Shown here: positions 1-12,769 of the stretch, in pieces
Layout of the letters: each line of letters starts with the position of its first letter
Numbering within the stretch: the stretch's first letter is position 1
NCBI GenBank assembly: GCA_013265495.1
Contig: MU058423.1
Location: forward strand, 9,595,627-9,659,626
Origin: Vicugna vicugna
Lineage: Eukaryota
Reading direction: 5' to 3'
Length of the DNA: 64,000 nucleotides
Translations under genes and position numbers: made by a program
Notes under the pieces: model-generated
What the model saw: the letters and a program-made list of their open reading frames with translations, nothing else
What the model was told of the DNA's origin: nothing
Database searches by the model: none

Positions 1-529
1 TAGGTGCGAGAACAGAATGCCCTGACAGCTCTTCTAAATTCTAGTTCTCCCAACGCAGGGTCTAGTTGAATATTCTCTTTTTCCTGCTGACTGTCTTGTC
101 GCTTCTCTAAAGGCCCTGATATTTATTCTTTACTGACAGACTCTCTGCAACCTGAAATCTATTTCTGGCCATCTCAAGCCTTTCTAACTTTCTCCTTCCA
201 GCCTGACGATCCTTCTAATATCTGTCCTTTCTGCCTGTCCTCTGCAATGACTCATCCCGTTGCTTCCAGTCACCTCCACCTCTTATCTGGGTGAGCCTCG
301 TTCCTCATCTCCAGCTATCTCTTTCTTTCCACCACACTCTGACCTTCTCTATGCATTATACTTAAGAACTGACCCTTCACTTACTCTTTGGTCAAATTAA
401 TGCTTAACCTTTTCATCAAAAAAGAGCTTATGAACATAAATGTTTATAACCCTCTTCTGGTCTCTTCCTCTCCTACTTCTCAAAATATCTAGCACATCAC
501 GTTGGAGGGCACTTCCAATTTAATAAAAA

Positions 530-720
530 TGATAGCTTACTGTCCTATGCCAGACATATTAATTCATAATCATTGTTACAACACTCTGTTATTATTATTC
601 TCAGTTTACAGATGAGAAAGCTGGGGGTTAGAGAAGCAAAGTAACTTGTTCAAGGTCACACAGCTACCAATTGATGGAGCTGGCTTATAAATATGGATAA
701 GGTCTGTGTTTTTAACCCCT
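530..720 (-). mobile_element. MIR SINE fragment
   Basis: Reverse MIR core 'tttacagatgagaaagctgggg...gtaacttgttcaaggtcacacagcta'. Confidence 0.8.
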
Positions 721-950
721 ATAGTTTACGTTTAAAAGAAAGCAATATGGCTCCCTAGCCTCTGTGGTCCCATTGCAATAAATGTTATAGTTTCTATGTC
801 AGTTAAAAAATAGGCTGATCAGTAATGCCAAGTGTGGAGATTGCTGCTTCCAAAACATTTAAAGGCCTTCTATGCATTGAATTTCCTAGCGATAATTGAC
901 GTGCGATATAATAACTTGGCTCATTATGAAGACCTGCTGGCAAGTCTTAA

Positions 951-1505
951 GTCAGTGGACCCCAGAGAACTTCCTGGGAGTAGCAGACCCCAAATACCCT
1001 GTGCGGCTTATCTCCCTCCCTCTGGGCCATGTTTCGGTTGAGGCATAGGGAGGACTTGCCGTTTCTTTCTCATCAGATCTGATTAGCATGATGTCATCAA
1101 CATAGTACATCATGTGATGTGCTGCAGATTGTTCGGATGGTCCAAGTCTCTGCAGATTATGTTGCGATAGAGGACAGTAGAGTCAACATAGCCCTGTAGC
1201 AAGACTGTTCACTTGTCCATATCAGGTGAATGCAAGTACTTCTGATCTCCTTTTCTGGTGGATATTGAGTAGAACACATTCACCAAATGCATAGGCATAT
1301 ATGACATACCTGGGGCTGTATTAATATCTCTAGTAAAGATACCAGATCTGGTACAACAGCTTAACTGGGTTTGTGTTGGTCCACTGTCATCCATCAAGAT
1401 CCATCTGGTTTTTGCACAGGCCAGACTAATGAATTAAATGGGGACGTATGGGAATCAACACTCCTGCATCCTTTAAGTCTGACCGTGGCGATAATCCATT
1501 CTGCC
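951..1505 (-). mobile_element. ERV-L (class III ERV) internal pol fragment: decayed reverse-transcriptase domain
   Basis: Minus-strand translation with stops and frameshifts gives DLKDAGV, SPFNSLVWPVQKPDGS*WMTVD, VPDLVSLL, INTAPG, TVLLQGYVDS and YVDDIMLI (YVDD at 1093-1104), collinear with ERV-L RT motifs ([40 protein letters not shown]). Confidence 0.88.
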
Positions 1506-1542
1506 CGATAAAAGATCAGACTTGTTGCGGGGGGAGTTTCGC

Positions 1543-1562
1543 TGCCTCCACTAGATGTCAAC
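1543..1562 (+). promoter_or_regulatory. Candidate CTCF-binding motif
   Basis: CCACTAGATGTCA at 1548-1560 fits the CTCF core CCASYAGRKGGCR with one mismatch. Confidence 0.4.
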
Positions 1563-1904
1563 CTCTGATGTCAAACATTCAGAGAGGCTGTATTTTAATG
1601 GAAAATTCTTAAATATTAAATTACAACTTAAAGGTTGAGCAAAAAATATCAAATTTATCCATTCATTAAACAAATTGTTGTATACCTACTAAGGCTTGGT
1701 GAAGTGTATGGATAATGCCTAGAATTGAGAAAACAATGAAGTCACCTGAAAGTATATATAAGAAGATATAAATGAGGTTAAATAAATGAAAATACGGTGA
1801 AGATATGGTGAAGAGCTTTAGAAGTCAGCAGAAGAACCATAGGAAGCACCCAGGAGTTGCTGGAGGGTCTTCATAAGGAAAGATAATATTAGGGAGTGTT
1901 TATT

Positions 1905-2730
1905 ATAGCAATACTTAAAATTAATGAGCATTTATTATGGGTACTTTATTTATGTTTTCTCAGTTAATCCTTCATATAATCCAAAGAGTTGAATGCTATT
2001 ATTATTGCTGATGGCAAATGGGTTCTTTTCCCGTCACAGAAACTGGACAGATGGTACACTGTCAAGGGGAGAGTGGGCAGGCTCAAGTGAGCAGCTGCCC
2101 TGAGTTTCTTTGGCAGGTTGGTTACACATAGTGTAAAAATGAGCTAGTGGAATATTCATTGCGGAGGGAGGGGTTTGGGGTCTTATTCCCTGATTTTCAT
2201 CCCAACTTCACCTTCCTGAAGGTTCCTGAAGGGAAGAGGGATTTTTGTCCTTATTCAGTCTTGGTCGAAGTGTCATGGCTTTCGTACATGATGGGTACCT
2301 AATCTGCAAGGCTAATTGTATTGAAATGAGGGCATAATGCGAAAAAGTTTACTTTCCCGCACTGGATAAGAGATTCCTGCCTTATCCTACCTCTTTGTTG
2401 GCCTCCAGGCCACTTGTCACCCCAAATGTGTGACCGCTTATCAGCCTGGAGGTTCCTGCTTTTCTTTCTCTGCCCTGGGACTCCTGCTTACACAATGTAG
2501 GGTTTCTTGCATTTGGCCCAGGCCCCTCCTTTTTGCCCAATTCCTGCCATTTTGCCCGTGTCCCCGTTTCTCTGCTCATATCTAGCTAACTGCCAGCTCC
2601 AACATTATGATTCCCATTTTATAACCAAGAACGCTTAAATTTGGAAAAGCTAAGTAATGTGTCTCAAATCTGATCCAAAGCTGGTAAGCGGTGGAACTGA
2701 GAGTCAAATGCTCTGAATCAGGGGCTGTAA
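1905..2730 (-). mobile_element. MIR interrupted by an LTR (MIR pieces about 1905-2005 and 2605-2730)
   Basis: 'taatgagcatttattatggg...ttaatccttcatataatcc...tattattat' resumes as 'gattcccattttataacc...aagtaatgtgtctcaa' after the LTR. Confidence 0.7.
2006..2604 (-). mobile_element. Solo ERV LTR, probably ERV1 class
   Basis: Starts TG (2006), ends CA (2604), exact 4-bp TSD TTAT at 2002-2005 and 2605-2608; splits a MIR; orientation is inferred. Confidence 0.75.
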
Positions 2731-3289
2731 CCGCAGGCCCAGGGCATACCTGTCGGTGGTGATGTGTCCTGTGGGGTCTAAGCCTGCACGGACTGGAGTG
2801 ACAACGAAGACTCAAGTTGGGGAGGAAGGAAGCAGCAGAAATACACAGTAATATGGTCCTGTGAAAGCCTGAATGCCTCCACCTAAAGATACTTAATGAA
2901 AGGTGCATCATTTTGGTGCTAAATTTGCTGAAGAAGATGGAGACATGAGGCGGGTTTGGTTACTAGAATTTCCTTGTCTTGCGCAGTGTTGTCAACATAA
3001 CTAATACTCTGCAAAACTGTAGAAATAAAAGAGACTTGTGAGGATGACTGCCTGAGAAGGCAAGGGGGGCCCCTCTTTTCTGCCTCAGGTACATTATAGT
3101 CCTCTTGCATCCCCCATGCAACACATTAACCCTCTGCCAGGATTTTAACTTGATTCTTACTTGTTCAACACTAACATATCACAGTCATTTTGAAATGCGG
3201 GTGACTGAGGTGGTCTTTAAATGTAAACTCACTGGTGAAAATGCAATTTCCACATAATATAGGCGTATCTTATGCTATGGCTTTTCTTA

Positions 3290-3640
3290 TTTTTTAGAGT
3301 AATTTTTAGAAGGCTATATTAAATAACAGCAATGGAAATTAAATACATTACCTACAACCACCATAAAAAAGATTGCTTAATATTTTACTCCCTTACAGTC
3401 TTATTAATACGCATGTATCATTTTTACATAATTATAATCAAAGAAAAGATATTATTTTGTTTTCTTTTTTCCCATTAACATATGAACATTTTCCCATGTA
3501 GCTATTTAGTTTTTAAAATTAGCATTTTCCTGGCTGTATTTTGCTTCATAGAATTACTGTAGCAAAATGCACTTAACCATTTCTATATCATTGAACATTT
3601 AGGTTGTTTTAAAATTTTACTGACATAAATAAAGAGCAAT
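3290..3640 (-). mobile_element. Old L1 (L1ME-like) 3' fragment
   Basis: 'cacttaaccatttctatatcattgaacatttaggttgttt' matches a reverse L1 3' motif. Confidence 0.6.
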
Positions 3641-3644
3641 AAGC

Positions 3645-3935
3645 AAAATAGAATGTGGAGTCTGGGTGACCTACGTTTGAGCCCTGGCTTTGCTATTTAC
3701 AAGGAATAACATATTCACAAATATCTGTTGTGTTAGAAACCAGACTTTGTGCTGGGTACGCAGTGGAACATGAGAGAGGTGTGGCCCATTCCCTGCACAA
3801 AGATGTAGTCAATGGGTCAGGACAGTCTAAAGTGACAATAACAGTGACATCCATCTCACACGATCGTCAGTAGTAAAAGAAATCACAGCTGTAAAGTACT
3901 TAGCCAGTGCCTGGCATCTAGCAAGTGTCCAGTAT
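3645..3935 (+). mobile_element. MIR fragments with an intervening L2-like piece
   Basis: 'tggagtctgggtgacctacgtttgagccctggctttgc' and 'gtaaagtacttagccagtgcctggcatctagcaagtg'. Confidence 0.55.
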
Positions 3936-4889
3936 TCTTCTTACCACTATGGGTATTATTATTACCATGGCGATCTTACTGCCATTATTGTTGTTATTAT
4001 TTAGGCTTAAAACTTGCTTCAGGGCTACTGATTTTCAAAGATGATGCACTCACTGATTGCTCTTAGTAAGTATGATTTAACATTTCCTAAAGCTGCCTTA
4101 AGGAAGCATTAGTTTACAAGTTCAGTATGGTGCTTGGGTGACAGCTCTAGAGGGGACCGCTGTTCTCATGTGTTGCATATCCTCTGGGTGTCATCAGGCA
4201 TTTGCCAGGCCCCGGACGTGGCTCAGTGGAGCCCCACGTCTGACCGCAGCCCAGTTGTTTCCTCGAGAAAATGATGATCTCTGTTGTTGTTGATATAAAG
4301 CTGCAGGATCAATTCTCAATGTGCGTATTTCCAAGACTATGGGAACACCGACTTGGTGCAGGAAAAACCAGAAAATTGCTGTGCTAGAATATTGCACTTC
4401 TAATAAAATAAATTCACTTTCTGAAGTTTTCTTGAGTCTACGTGACTGAATTTTTATGCTCTTAATGATGATGGATCCCTTTAATTCCTCAGCATAGTTA
4501 TAATGTTGGCTTTAACTCCTAAATTGTGAGTCACCGTTGCCACGAGATAAAGCCCACAAAGCATTCAGCCTATTATTGTAGCCAAGTTGATATTAAATAG
4601 AAAAATTTTGTTACAATACAAATTTTGCTCATCAGCTTTGCTGGAATCTCCTTTTATGAGGCTGTGTACAAGAAATTAGTTACTACGATCCCATTTAATT
4701 CATTTTTGCTTATGAATTTAATAACTTTTTAAAATTAAATCTGAACATGGCTATCTTTGTAGTTAAGTGGAGATGCCTAACTGTAAGCCACAGAAGTCAC
4801 AGGAAGGGCTCAAATGTAACCTCATTCACAGTCCTCTTTGAAGGAGATCATTTCTCTGCACCATTACTTTCTTATCTCTCAGCCACTGT

Positions 4890-5860
4890 TGTTTTTGCAC
4901 ATAATGAAAGTGTTACAACTTGATAACTTTTGATATGTCTACACCCATGACCATGATCAAAGTCAAGTCATTGAAGGTTTCCATCACTCTCAGTATTTCT
5001 TCATACCCTTTCATAATCCGTATTCCAAACCCTTCCCTGCCTCCACCCTCAACTTGAGGCCACCACTGATCAGCTCTTTGTCACCATAGATTAGTTTTCT
5101 GCTTCTAGAATTTTATGTATGTTGAATCATACAGTGTTCACTCATTGGCTTGGTATCCTTCACTCTGCATAATTATTCTGAAGTGCACCCATAGTATGTG
5201 TGTATCTATAGTCTGTTCTTTTGACTGCTTAGTATGTGTGGATATACTGAAATTTGTATATCCATTTACCTGTTGATGAACATTTGAGTTGTTTCCAGTT
5301 TTTGGTTATTGCTTGGTTTTTGGTTATAAAGTTACTCTGAGAGTCATGTGTAAGACTTTGTACTTTCATTTTTATTACGTAAATGCCTAGGAGAGGAATG
5401 GCCGGGTCATGTGGTAGGTGTATATTTAGTCCTTTAAAAATCTGCCGAAGTATTTTCTCAAGCGGTTGGATTATGTTAACATTCTCACCAGATGGGTGTG
5501 AGGATCCCAGTTGCTCCACATCCTTACCAACACTTAGTACAGTTAGTCTTTTTAATTCTAGCTGTTCTAGACATGGTGGAGAAAGCGAAGTCAGCATCTG
5601 AGGCTCGTAGGCCAAATTCAGCCTACTCCCTATTTTTGCAAGTAAAGCTTTATTGGAACATGGTGATGTATGTTGGCTCATTTACTTCCTACGTCTGCTT
5701 TTGCTTCACTGTGGCAGAACTGGATAGCTGTCATAGAGACCATCTGGCCTATAAAGCTTAAAATGTTTATGATCTGGCTCTTTATAGCAAAAGTTTGCTG
5801 ACCCCTAGGGCAGTGGTGTCTCACTGGGTTTAAATTTGCATTTTCCTAATGACTGACACT
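4890..5860 (-). mobile_element. L1 (L1MB/MC-like) ORF2 end and 3' UTR, interrupted by MER58A
   Basis: ORF 5229-5681(-) contains L1 ORF2 C-terminal motifs LPHDPAIPLLGIY and KNWKQLKCSSTGKWI; L1 resumes at about 5808 with 'gtggtgtctcactgggtttaaatttgcattttcctaatgact'. Confidence 0.85.
5587..5807 (+). mobile_element. MER58A (hAT-Charlie non-autonomous DNA transposon)
   Basis: 'ggccaaattcagcc...aaagctttattggaaca...tctggctctttatagcaaaagtttgctgacccct' follows the MER58A consensus including the right TIR. Confidence 0.85.
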
Positions 5861-6835
5861 CAAATATCACACATACGTATTTAAACTTTGGGCTGTTGAA
5901 CATAACAGCAGGTGGCAGAGTTACACTTTTCTCTGTTACTACAGTTGATTCCTAATACAACTGGAAAGAATCATAAAAAGCAAGAATTCCAGCTACTTTT
6001 CTAAAACGAGGCTCAGTTTTTTGTCTCGTGTTCTTCACTATGTCATACTTAACTGCTATAGTCACAGGTGACCTGATCTTTCTACAAACATAAGAAATAC
6101 TTTCTTGTACTATCATCTTCTGCATAGTTCCAAGTACTTATCCCTGAAGTAGCAATGATTTCCTACATGGGGACTGAAGTTTTGCTCTGCTGGCCCTTAG
6201 ACCAGGGCTGGCTCAAAAGTGGCACACTATCTTTAACCCGGTACAGACTATCGGCTTACCCCATCTGACATATCTTCTGCTCTTTGTTTTGCTAGTTGTT
6301 CCTGAAATATTTTATATGTACACAAGCATATGTGTATAAACACATATATATGCATATAAATACAAAATAATTCATTTTAGAATGTCTTTAAAAATTAAGA
6401 AATAGCTAAAACATCCAGAAAGTATAATAAACCCTCATGTATTCATCATTTTTTCAAACCCTAATATTTTGCATATTTGCTTCAGATCTGTTTTTTAAAA
6501 TAAAGCATATAGATTCAGCTGGAAACCCTGTGTGCCCCTCCTTGAACCTACTTTCCCCTTCTCTACTTTTGTCCTTCCTCCGTAGAGATAATGCTCTGTT
6601 GAGTTGGGTGTATATACATTATTTCCATATATGATTACATGTATAGAAAAAAGTAAATAGCATTGTTATGCAAGTGACACCACTTCAACAATTCCTTATT
6701 TTTCTTCATCTTATTGAACTGATCCTTAGCATTTGGCAGAAATGCCCGTTTCATCTTCCTAAGGAGGGTGACATTCCGGGGTTAGCCTTCCGTGGTTTTC
6801 TTTCTGGCTACTTTTCTCCTTTGCTAGTTCTGTTG

Positions 6836-6836
<1 letters not shown>

Positions 6837-6876
<40 letters not shown>
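6837..6876. repeat. Poly-T homopolymer (T40)
   Basis: Counted 40 consecutive T. Confidence 0.95.
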
Positions 6877-6879
<3 letters not shown>

Positions 6880-7140
6880 TTGTTTTTTGTTTTCATTTTA
6901 CCTTTAAGAGTGAGTTACCTCAGAGCTCAGTTCTTGAACCTCTATTTTTGTTTTGCCCACACTCCTTCCCCAGATGATCTCATCCAATTTGAAGATATTA
7001 AACACCATCTATAAGCTGATGATTCAGAAACGTGTATCTCTAGCCAAGTCTTCTCTCCAAACCTCAAATTCATATATCTGGCTTCTTGTCACCGCCACTT
7101 GAACATTGTAATATATCTAGCACCTAAGTCTTGATTCCCC

Positions 7141-7620
7141 CGAATTAATTTCCTATTGCTGCCAGAACAAATTGCTACAAGTTTAGTGGCTTAAAAACCA
7201 CAACCTTAGCTGGCTTAGTGGCTTAAACATAAACTTATTATCTTGCTGTTCTGAAGAGCAGAATTCTAAAATGGGTCATCAGGGCTGCATCCCTTCTGAA
7301 GACTCCATGGGAGAATCTGTTCCTTGCCTTTTCCATCTTCTAGGGACCACCTGAAATCCTTGGTCCTCTTCCACCTTCAAAGCCAGCATCTGCGTCATTC
7401 TGACCTCTGCTTCTGTTGTCACATCTCCTCCTCTGACCCTGACCTTCCTGCCTTCCTCATATAAGGACCTGGTGATTATACTGCATGACAATCTTCCCAT
7501 CTCAACTTCCTTCTCTTAATCACAACTGCAAAGTCCCTTTTGCCATGCAAGGTAACATTTCACAGGTTCTGAAGATTAAGAGGTGCACACCTTTGGAGGC
7601 CCATTATTTGGCCTACCACA
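7141..7620 (-). mobile_element. MLT1D-like MaLR solo LTR
   Basis: 'tttcctattgctgccagaacaaattgctacaagtttagtggcttaaa...gtcccttttgccatgcaaggtaaca...ccattatttggcctaccaca'. Confidence 0.88.
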
Positions 7621-8479
7621 CCCCTAAATATGTGTTTTCCACAGCCTGCCCCATCTTACAGGGTTCCCTTCTCCCACTAAGTCTGAACAAAACCTGTGGA
7701 ATACCCCTTGCCTTCTTTCTTTCTCTCAAAATTTAAATCCAACCCATAAGCAAATTCCAGCAGCTCTATCTAGAATCCAGAATCCAGTGACTACCTCCAC
7801 CTGCGGGGCCTCCAACCTGGTTCAGACCATCATCTTCTCTCCTTTGAACAATTGCCAAAACCTTCTAACAGGCCTCTTAGCTTCCATTCTTGATCCTTTA
7901 CACACAATACTCAGAATGATTCTTTGAAAACAAGTCATTGATGTCACTGCTCTTTTCAAAAATCCTCTAATGATTTTCTGTCTTATCCAGAACAAAAGCA
8001 AAATCCTTACTCTGCCCTCCCTATGTGCTCTTGTCTCTGGACGCATCGCGAACCACTCTTTCCTTTGCCACACTAGCCTCTTAGCAGCCCTGGAACATAC
8101 CAAGGTCCTACCCCAGGGCTGATGTTAGTTTTCTCCGTGTGGAAAGCACTTTCTCTACTTTTCTCCCTGTCTCCTTCAGGTCTCTGCTAAAAAAATATTT
8201 TATTGGAATAGCTCCCCAAATACCCTCTAAAAAAGTAGTCCCTTCAGTCTCGATGCCCTCGATCCGTTTTAATTTTCTTCACTCAGTTTTATCCCTTGAT
8301 ATAGGAATGTTTATTTGCTTGCTTCTTACCTGTTCTGTCATGAGGATGTGAGCTCCTGAAGGTGACAGACTTCGTCTGTTTTCTCCCCTGCTGCAATTTC
8401 TGCTACTTGGAACAATCTTGTGTATCTTCATGCATAGAAATGATTAATACATACTTGTTGGAAAAAACTAAATGAATGA

Positions 8480-8815
8480 ATACAGCAGCCTGCTTTATCA
8501 CTCAAGAATATATTTTTGTGATTTATGCATGTTTATTTGTGTTGGTTACTTTAACTGCTTCGTAGTATTTCAGTGTATGAATATATCTCAATTTATCATT
8601 CTTATTGATATTTGGATTCTTTCCAGTTTTTCACTGATAGAAACAATGTTGAAATATATATCTGAATGCTTCTCCTTGTGCACATGTTCTAGTTTCTCTG
8701 AGGTACATAACTGAGTGGGCGTGCTGAACGGTAGAGTATGTTTAAATTCATTTTAGTAGCCATGGCCAATGTTTTCTCCGAAGTGCTTGACTAATCTTCC
8801 CACCCATCAGTGGTC
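8480..8815 (-). mobile_element. Old L1 (L1ME-like) fragment
   Basis: 'ttttaactgcttcgtagtatttcagtgtatgaatatatctcaatttatc...ttccagtttttcact'. Confidence 0.65.
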
Positions 8816-8828
8816 AGGACATGGTTAC

Positions 8829-8994
8829 CTTATGTCAGTTTCCATCCTCTGAGCACTAGTGTGGCTCGTTGTGTACTTGCTAGTCGTGAGCACCCTAAGG
8901 TTCACTCCTGAGTTGAATGTTCTCTGTAATAATTTTTTCCTTTGTTGTGCTCTTTCTGTCTTCCATTTATTGTGAGACAGTGAATAGATTTGAC
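8829..8994 (-). other. Candidate exon (166 nt)
   Basis: Acceptor 'T11-gccagcctttacag|G', donor 'AAG|gtaacc'; one frame open throughout; unique-looking sequence; no recognisable protein homology. Confidence 0.25.
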
Positions 8995-11900
8995 CTGTAA
9001 AGGCTGGCAAAAAAAAAAAGATATGTAAGTAAGAGTGCTGTATCTGCTGAAAAACTATTGCGCTTTTTTTTTTTTTTGGAGGCTGTAGTCCACTTCACAG
9101 AAATTTACAAAAAGTAAATATCACTAAGCAATTAGAGATCACACTCTGAAGGGCAACAAACAGAAACATCCCAGCATCTTGAAAGTACTGACAAAATGTG
9201 TATGAACAGCAGCTGAAAAGAGCTATTGTCGGAGACAGGCTATGACCTGAGAGGATTTGGAGAGAGTGGAAGAGAAATGTCCAGACTAGGATGCCCAGAG
9301 CACAGTTCCATAGGAGTCACGCTGTAATATCACAACACATCACTTGATTCAGTTCACTCTATCATTTCTTGGAAAGGATCCTTTATACAAGGTAGATGTG
9401 TGGTCAGAGATGGGGTTAAGCAGATAATAGATTCATCACTGTTATTGTTTCCTAATGCACAGAGAGAAGTAAAAAGACTATAAAGTGCACACTCTATGCC
9501 TGGCCATGTGCTGCTTTCTTTTTTAATATTCGTGTTTGCCAGCATATCATGTCATTGCCTCATTGCCTAATTCCAGGAGTCTCCATATAAAGAAATCAGT
9601 GTGAATGGTGCCCTTCAGAAGCAACAGTATGGTTGGCCTATTTACCAGGCACCATCATAAGTTACTTTTTATATGTTATCTCATTTTATTCTTGTAACCA
9701 TCCTTCAGGATAAGTATTTTGAGATAGTAATTAGTTCATAAAACTTCTTGCCTAGAGTCATGCAGTTAAAAAATTTATTATTTCATAATGATGTAAGGGA
9801 GCATGATATGAAACATAAATGCAGCTTTGTACTAGAATTGAAAAACATTTTTTCTTCATATCTCCATCACTGACAAAGGAGTTATCTCAAACGGATTGTT
9901 GACTAACTAAGTCTGACTGAGTTCTCCTTCTAATGACCTCATTTGTTCCTGCTTTGCATATAGCTCTTTGGAGAGACCAGGGGTTCAGGCAGCCATGTGA
10001 GCTGGCATCTCTCCCCAGTCCCTGCAGCATCACTGCGGCAGAATGAGAGTTGTTGCTGAGCTGGTGCAGACGGGTTGATTGACGAGACAGTGGGGAAATG
10101 AGAGACAGCCGTCATATTCTGTGACACTATTAAGACAGGGAATATTTTTTGAAAGTGGGAAATAATGGCATCCCTCTTTCAATGAACTTCAGAGATGTCA
10201 GCAGAGGAATTATTCCCTGGAACCCATGAGAGCACTACAAAACTCACTGGTCAGAACATTTTTGTCTTAATGTAGGGCATCTGATTTAGTAAATACTAAT
10301 GTCTCAATGAGAAACTTAGACTCCCTCATGAAATCTCCCACCTGCCAAATACACATTAATCTTGTGAGACTAAAGCTTGGTGAAATAAAATTCAGGAACG
10401 TTTCTGCCCTCCCAACACAACACGAGGAAGTTTTCCTTGATATTTGGATATTTAGGTTTAATGTGAATTGACCTCTATAAGGACATTTATAGAGGCTGTA
10501 ACCATGCTTTCTATCTTTTTTTTTTTAACTTATTGAAAGAGATGAAAAGAATGGATTTCCTCAAACTTCTTATCTTTGATGCTTCTACAAGGCATCCCCA
10601 AGGGATCCTCAACCTAGAGGAAGCACATCAAAGATGGCAGCCAGGGTTTTGATCAAGCGGGTACGCCACATATGATTATTTAATTTGCATTGGACATCTT
10701 AGCTTCTGAATTTTTTTTTACTTAAAGACCAGAGTTTTCTTTCATATATAATACCCTTCTCATTCAACCAATAAGATACTTTCTTGATGGAATTTTATTA
10801 AAGTCATTGAATAAGTCATTGGACAAAGGGGGTCAATGACAGTTGAATAACACGGAAAGCTCATGCAAGACATTGATTTTGTCCTATTCACCATACTTTT
10901 CCCCAGGGCCTAGAAGAGTGCTTCACATATAACAAGAGCCCAGAAACTAGTTATTGAATAAATATTCTAAATTTATGAAAGTCACTGTATCATATTCTCC
11001 TCTTCTGTTCTTAAAACAAAGATACATCTTTTTAAAACTGGGAACCTTTTATTTATATGTGTGGATGATTATTTTTTAATGTGAAAAATAGAACATGATT
11101 AATGTGTTGAAATGGAGAAATGTAACTATATTGTTTGAACTTGTTTCATCAACTCTGATTTCATTTTTGCACGGGGGGTGGGGGAGAAATCATGTGTTTC
11201 TCTTCCTCCATTAAAAACATATCAACAGACAAGCAAAAAAATCAACCAAGTTTCTTTTTCACCCCCCAAGCTTCTTTCTGAGTATTCTCTGACCATGTTG
11301 GGAACATCCACACAGAAACAATTCAGGGAAAAGCTTTAGTGATGGTTACCATTTCTAGAATAACTGTGCAATGAGACCTTCAATGAAATTCTAAGCCTAA
11401 AGCACAATAAATTTGACTTGCTCTGTTTTTTTTTTATATAATCATTGAACTAAATAACATTTCTCTTTAGTTCCTTTTTTTCTCCAAGCTTTGAATAGAC
11501 TACAGAGACAGTGAAGCCTGGCGTTTGGTCATCCTAATGTATTCAGCACTTTCGTATATGCTAAATATTACTGTAGATGCCAGAAAGAACACCTGCTTTT
11601 GAAAATTAGCAACTTTCCTAAGATTGCAGAACTTTAAAGTGTGGTAGAATTTCCACTCAACAGTGAGCCACCCACACAGTTTTTCAAACATATGCCTCAA
11701 AAAAAAAAAAAAAAGGTCAGAATATAATTGTTCATGGAGAGCTTCTGAATAGATATTCTAAAAGCAAACGAATTGACATTACATATTTACATGTGGATTG
11801 CTGTGTTTTGAGATTCTACAGTATGAGTGTATAAATTAAATACTTGTTCAAAATATTACTACCATCTTGAATAAGAACAATGTTTCAACTGTCTCCCTTT

Positions 11901-12769
11901 CCCCAGCAAAAATTTCCATGTTAATCATGAGAAACGCCATAGTTCAGCCAAATTCTTTTACATTCTTCTATATTTTGAGAGAATGGTATAACCATACTTG
12001 TAGAAGTAGCTAAATATGTGAGATAATAAAAGGAAAGATAATAAAAGGAAGATTTTCCTCTTTAGTCTCTGTGTTTTATATTTTTCAGAATGCTGAATGC
12101 ATAAGCTTTTTGAAAAGGAAACTGAAAAGGAGTATGATTTCTAAATACATGTCCTTTTTGAAGAGGGAGGATTTAAAAGAGGATAAAACAGATTTTAAGC
12201 TTGATAAATTAATAAACGAAATTTGTCATTGACCACCTTTAGTTAATGACTTGTAGAAACAGTATGAGAAATAAATCCAATGTTTTTGTAGGAACCGATC
12301 TTGATCCTACAATAGGAAATGTTTAGAAGTATTTCTGAAATGAGTCTTCAAATTTAGCCTACAGATTACCTTTTATTCCATGATGATTAACTCACTTTAG
12401 ATTCTAAAGTGTTCAAGGCTTCAGGGGGGAGAAAATTACTCACCTAAAGATTGATAAATCCCTGGTGGCACTTGGTTGTAGCTTTTGTTCCATTTGACTC
12501 TGACCCAAAGATAATCCTTCAGTTTCTAGTCCAACTGTGTTTCTGTGTTTTCCTTGACTATGAGGTCAAGCGCATAGAATATTTTTGAATGTAAAATATT
12601 TGGAGCTTTCAGACACAACTAGAGTGAATACTGGATTAAATTAAATAAGACCTCTCTTTTGACTTGATTAGGTATCTATTTTTATTTATTTTTCTGCTTT
12701 TTTGAAAAATTAGTTACCTTACCATCTCTTTTCTCTTCTGGTAAAATCATTTCCATTTTTGTTTGGGAT

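Larger units (their letters stand above)
6680..8480 (+). mobile_element. L2 LINE 3' portion, interrupted by a poly-T tract and MLT1D
   Basis: L2 motifs 'gatctcatcca...caccatctataagctgatgattc' and 'cagaatgattctttgaaa'; terminal 'atacttgttgg...aatgaatgaat' at about 8480. Confidence 0.85.

Noticed and set aside
5229..5681. 150-aa minus-strand ORF
   Set aside because: It is a chimera of MER58A and L1 ORF2 remnants
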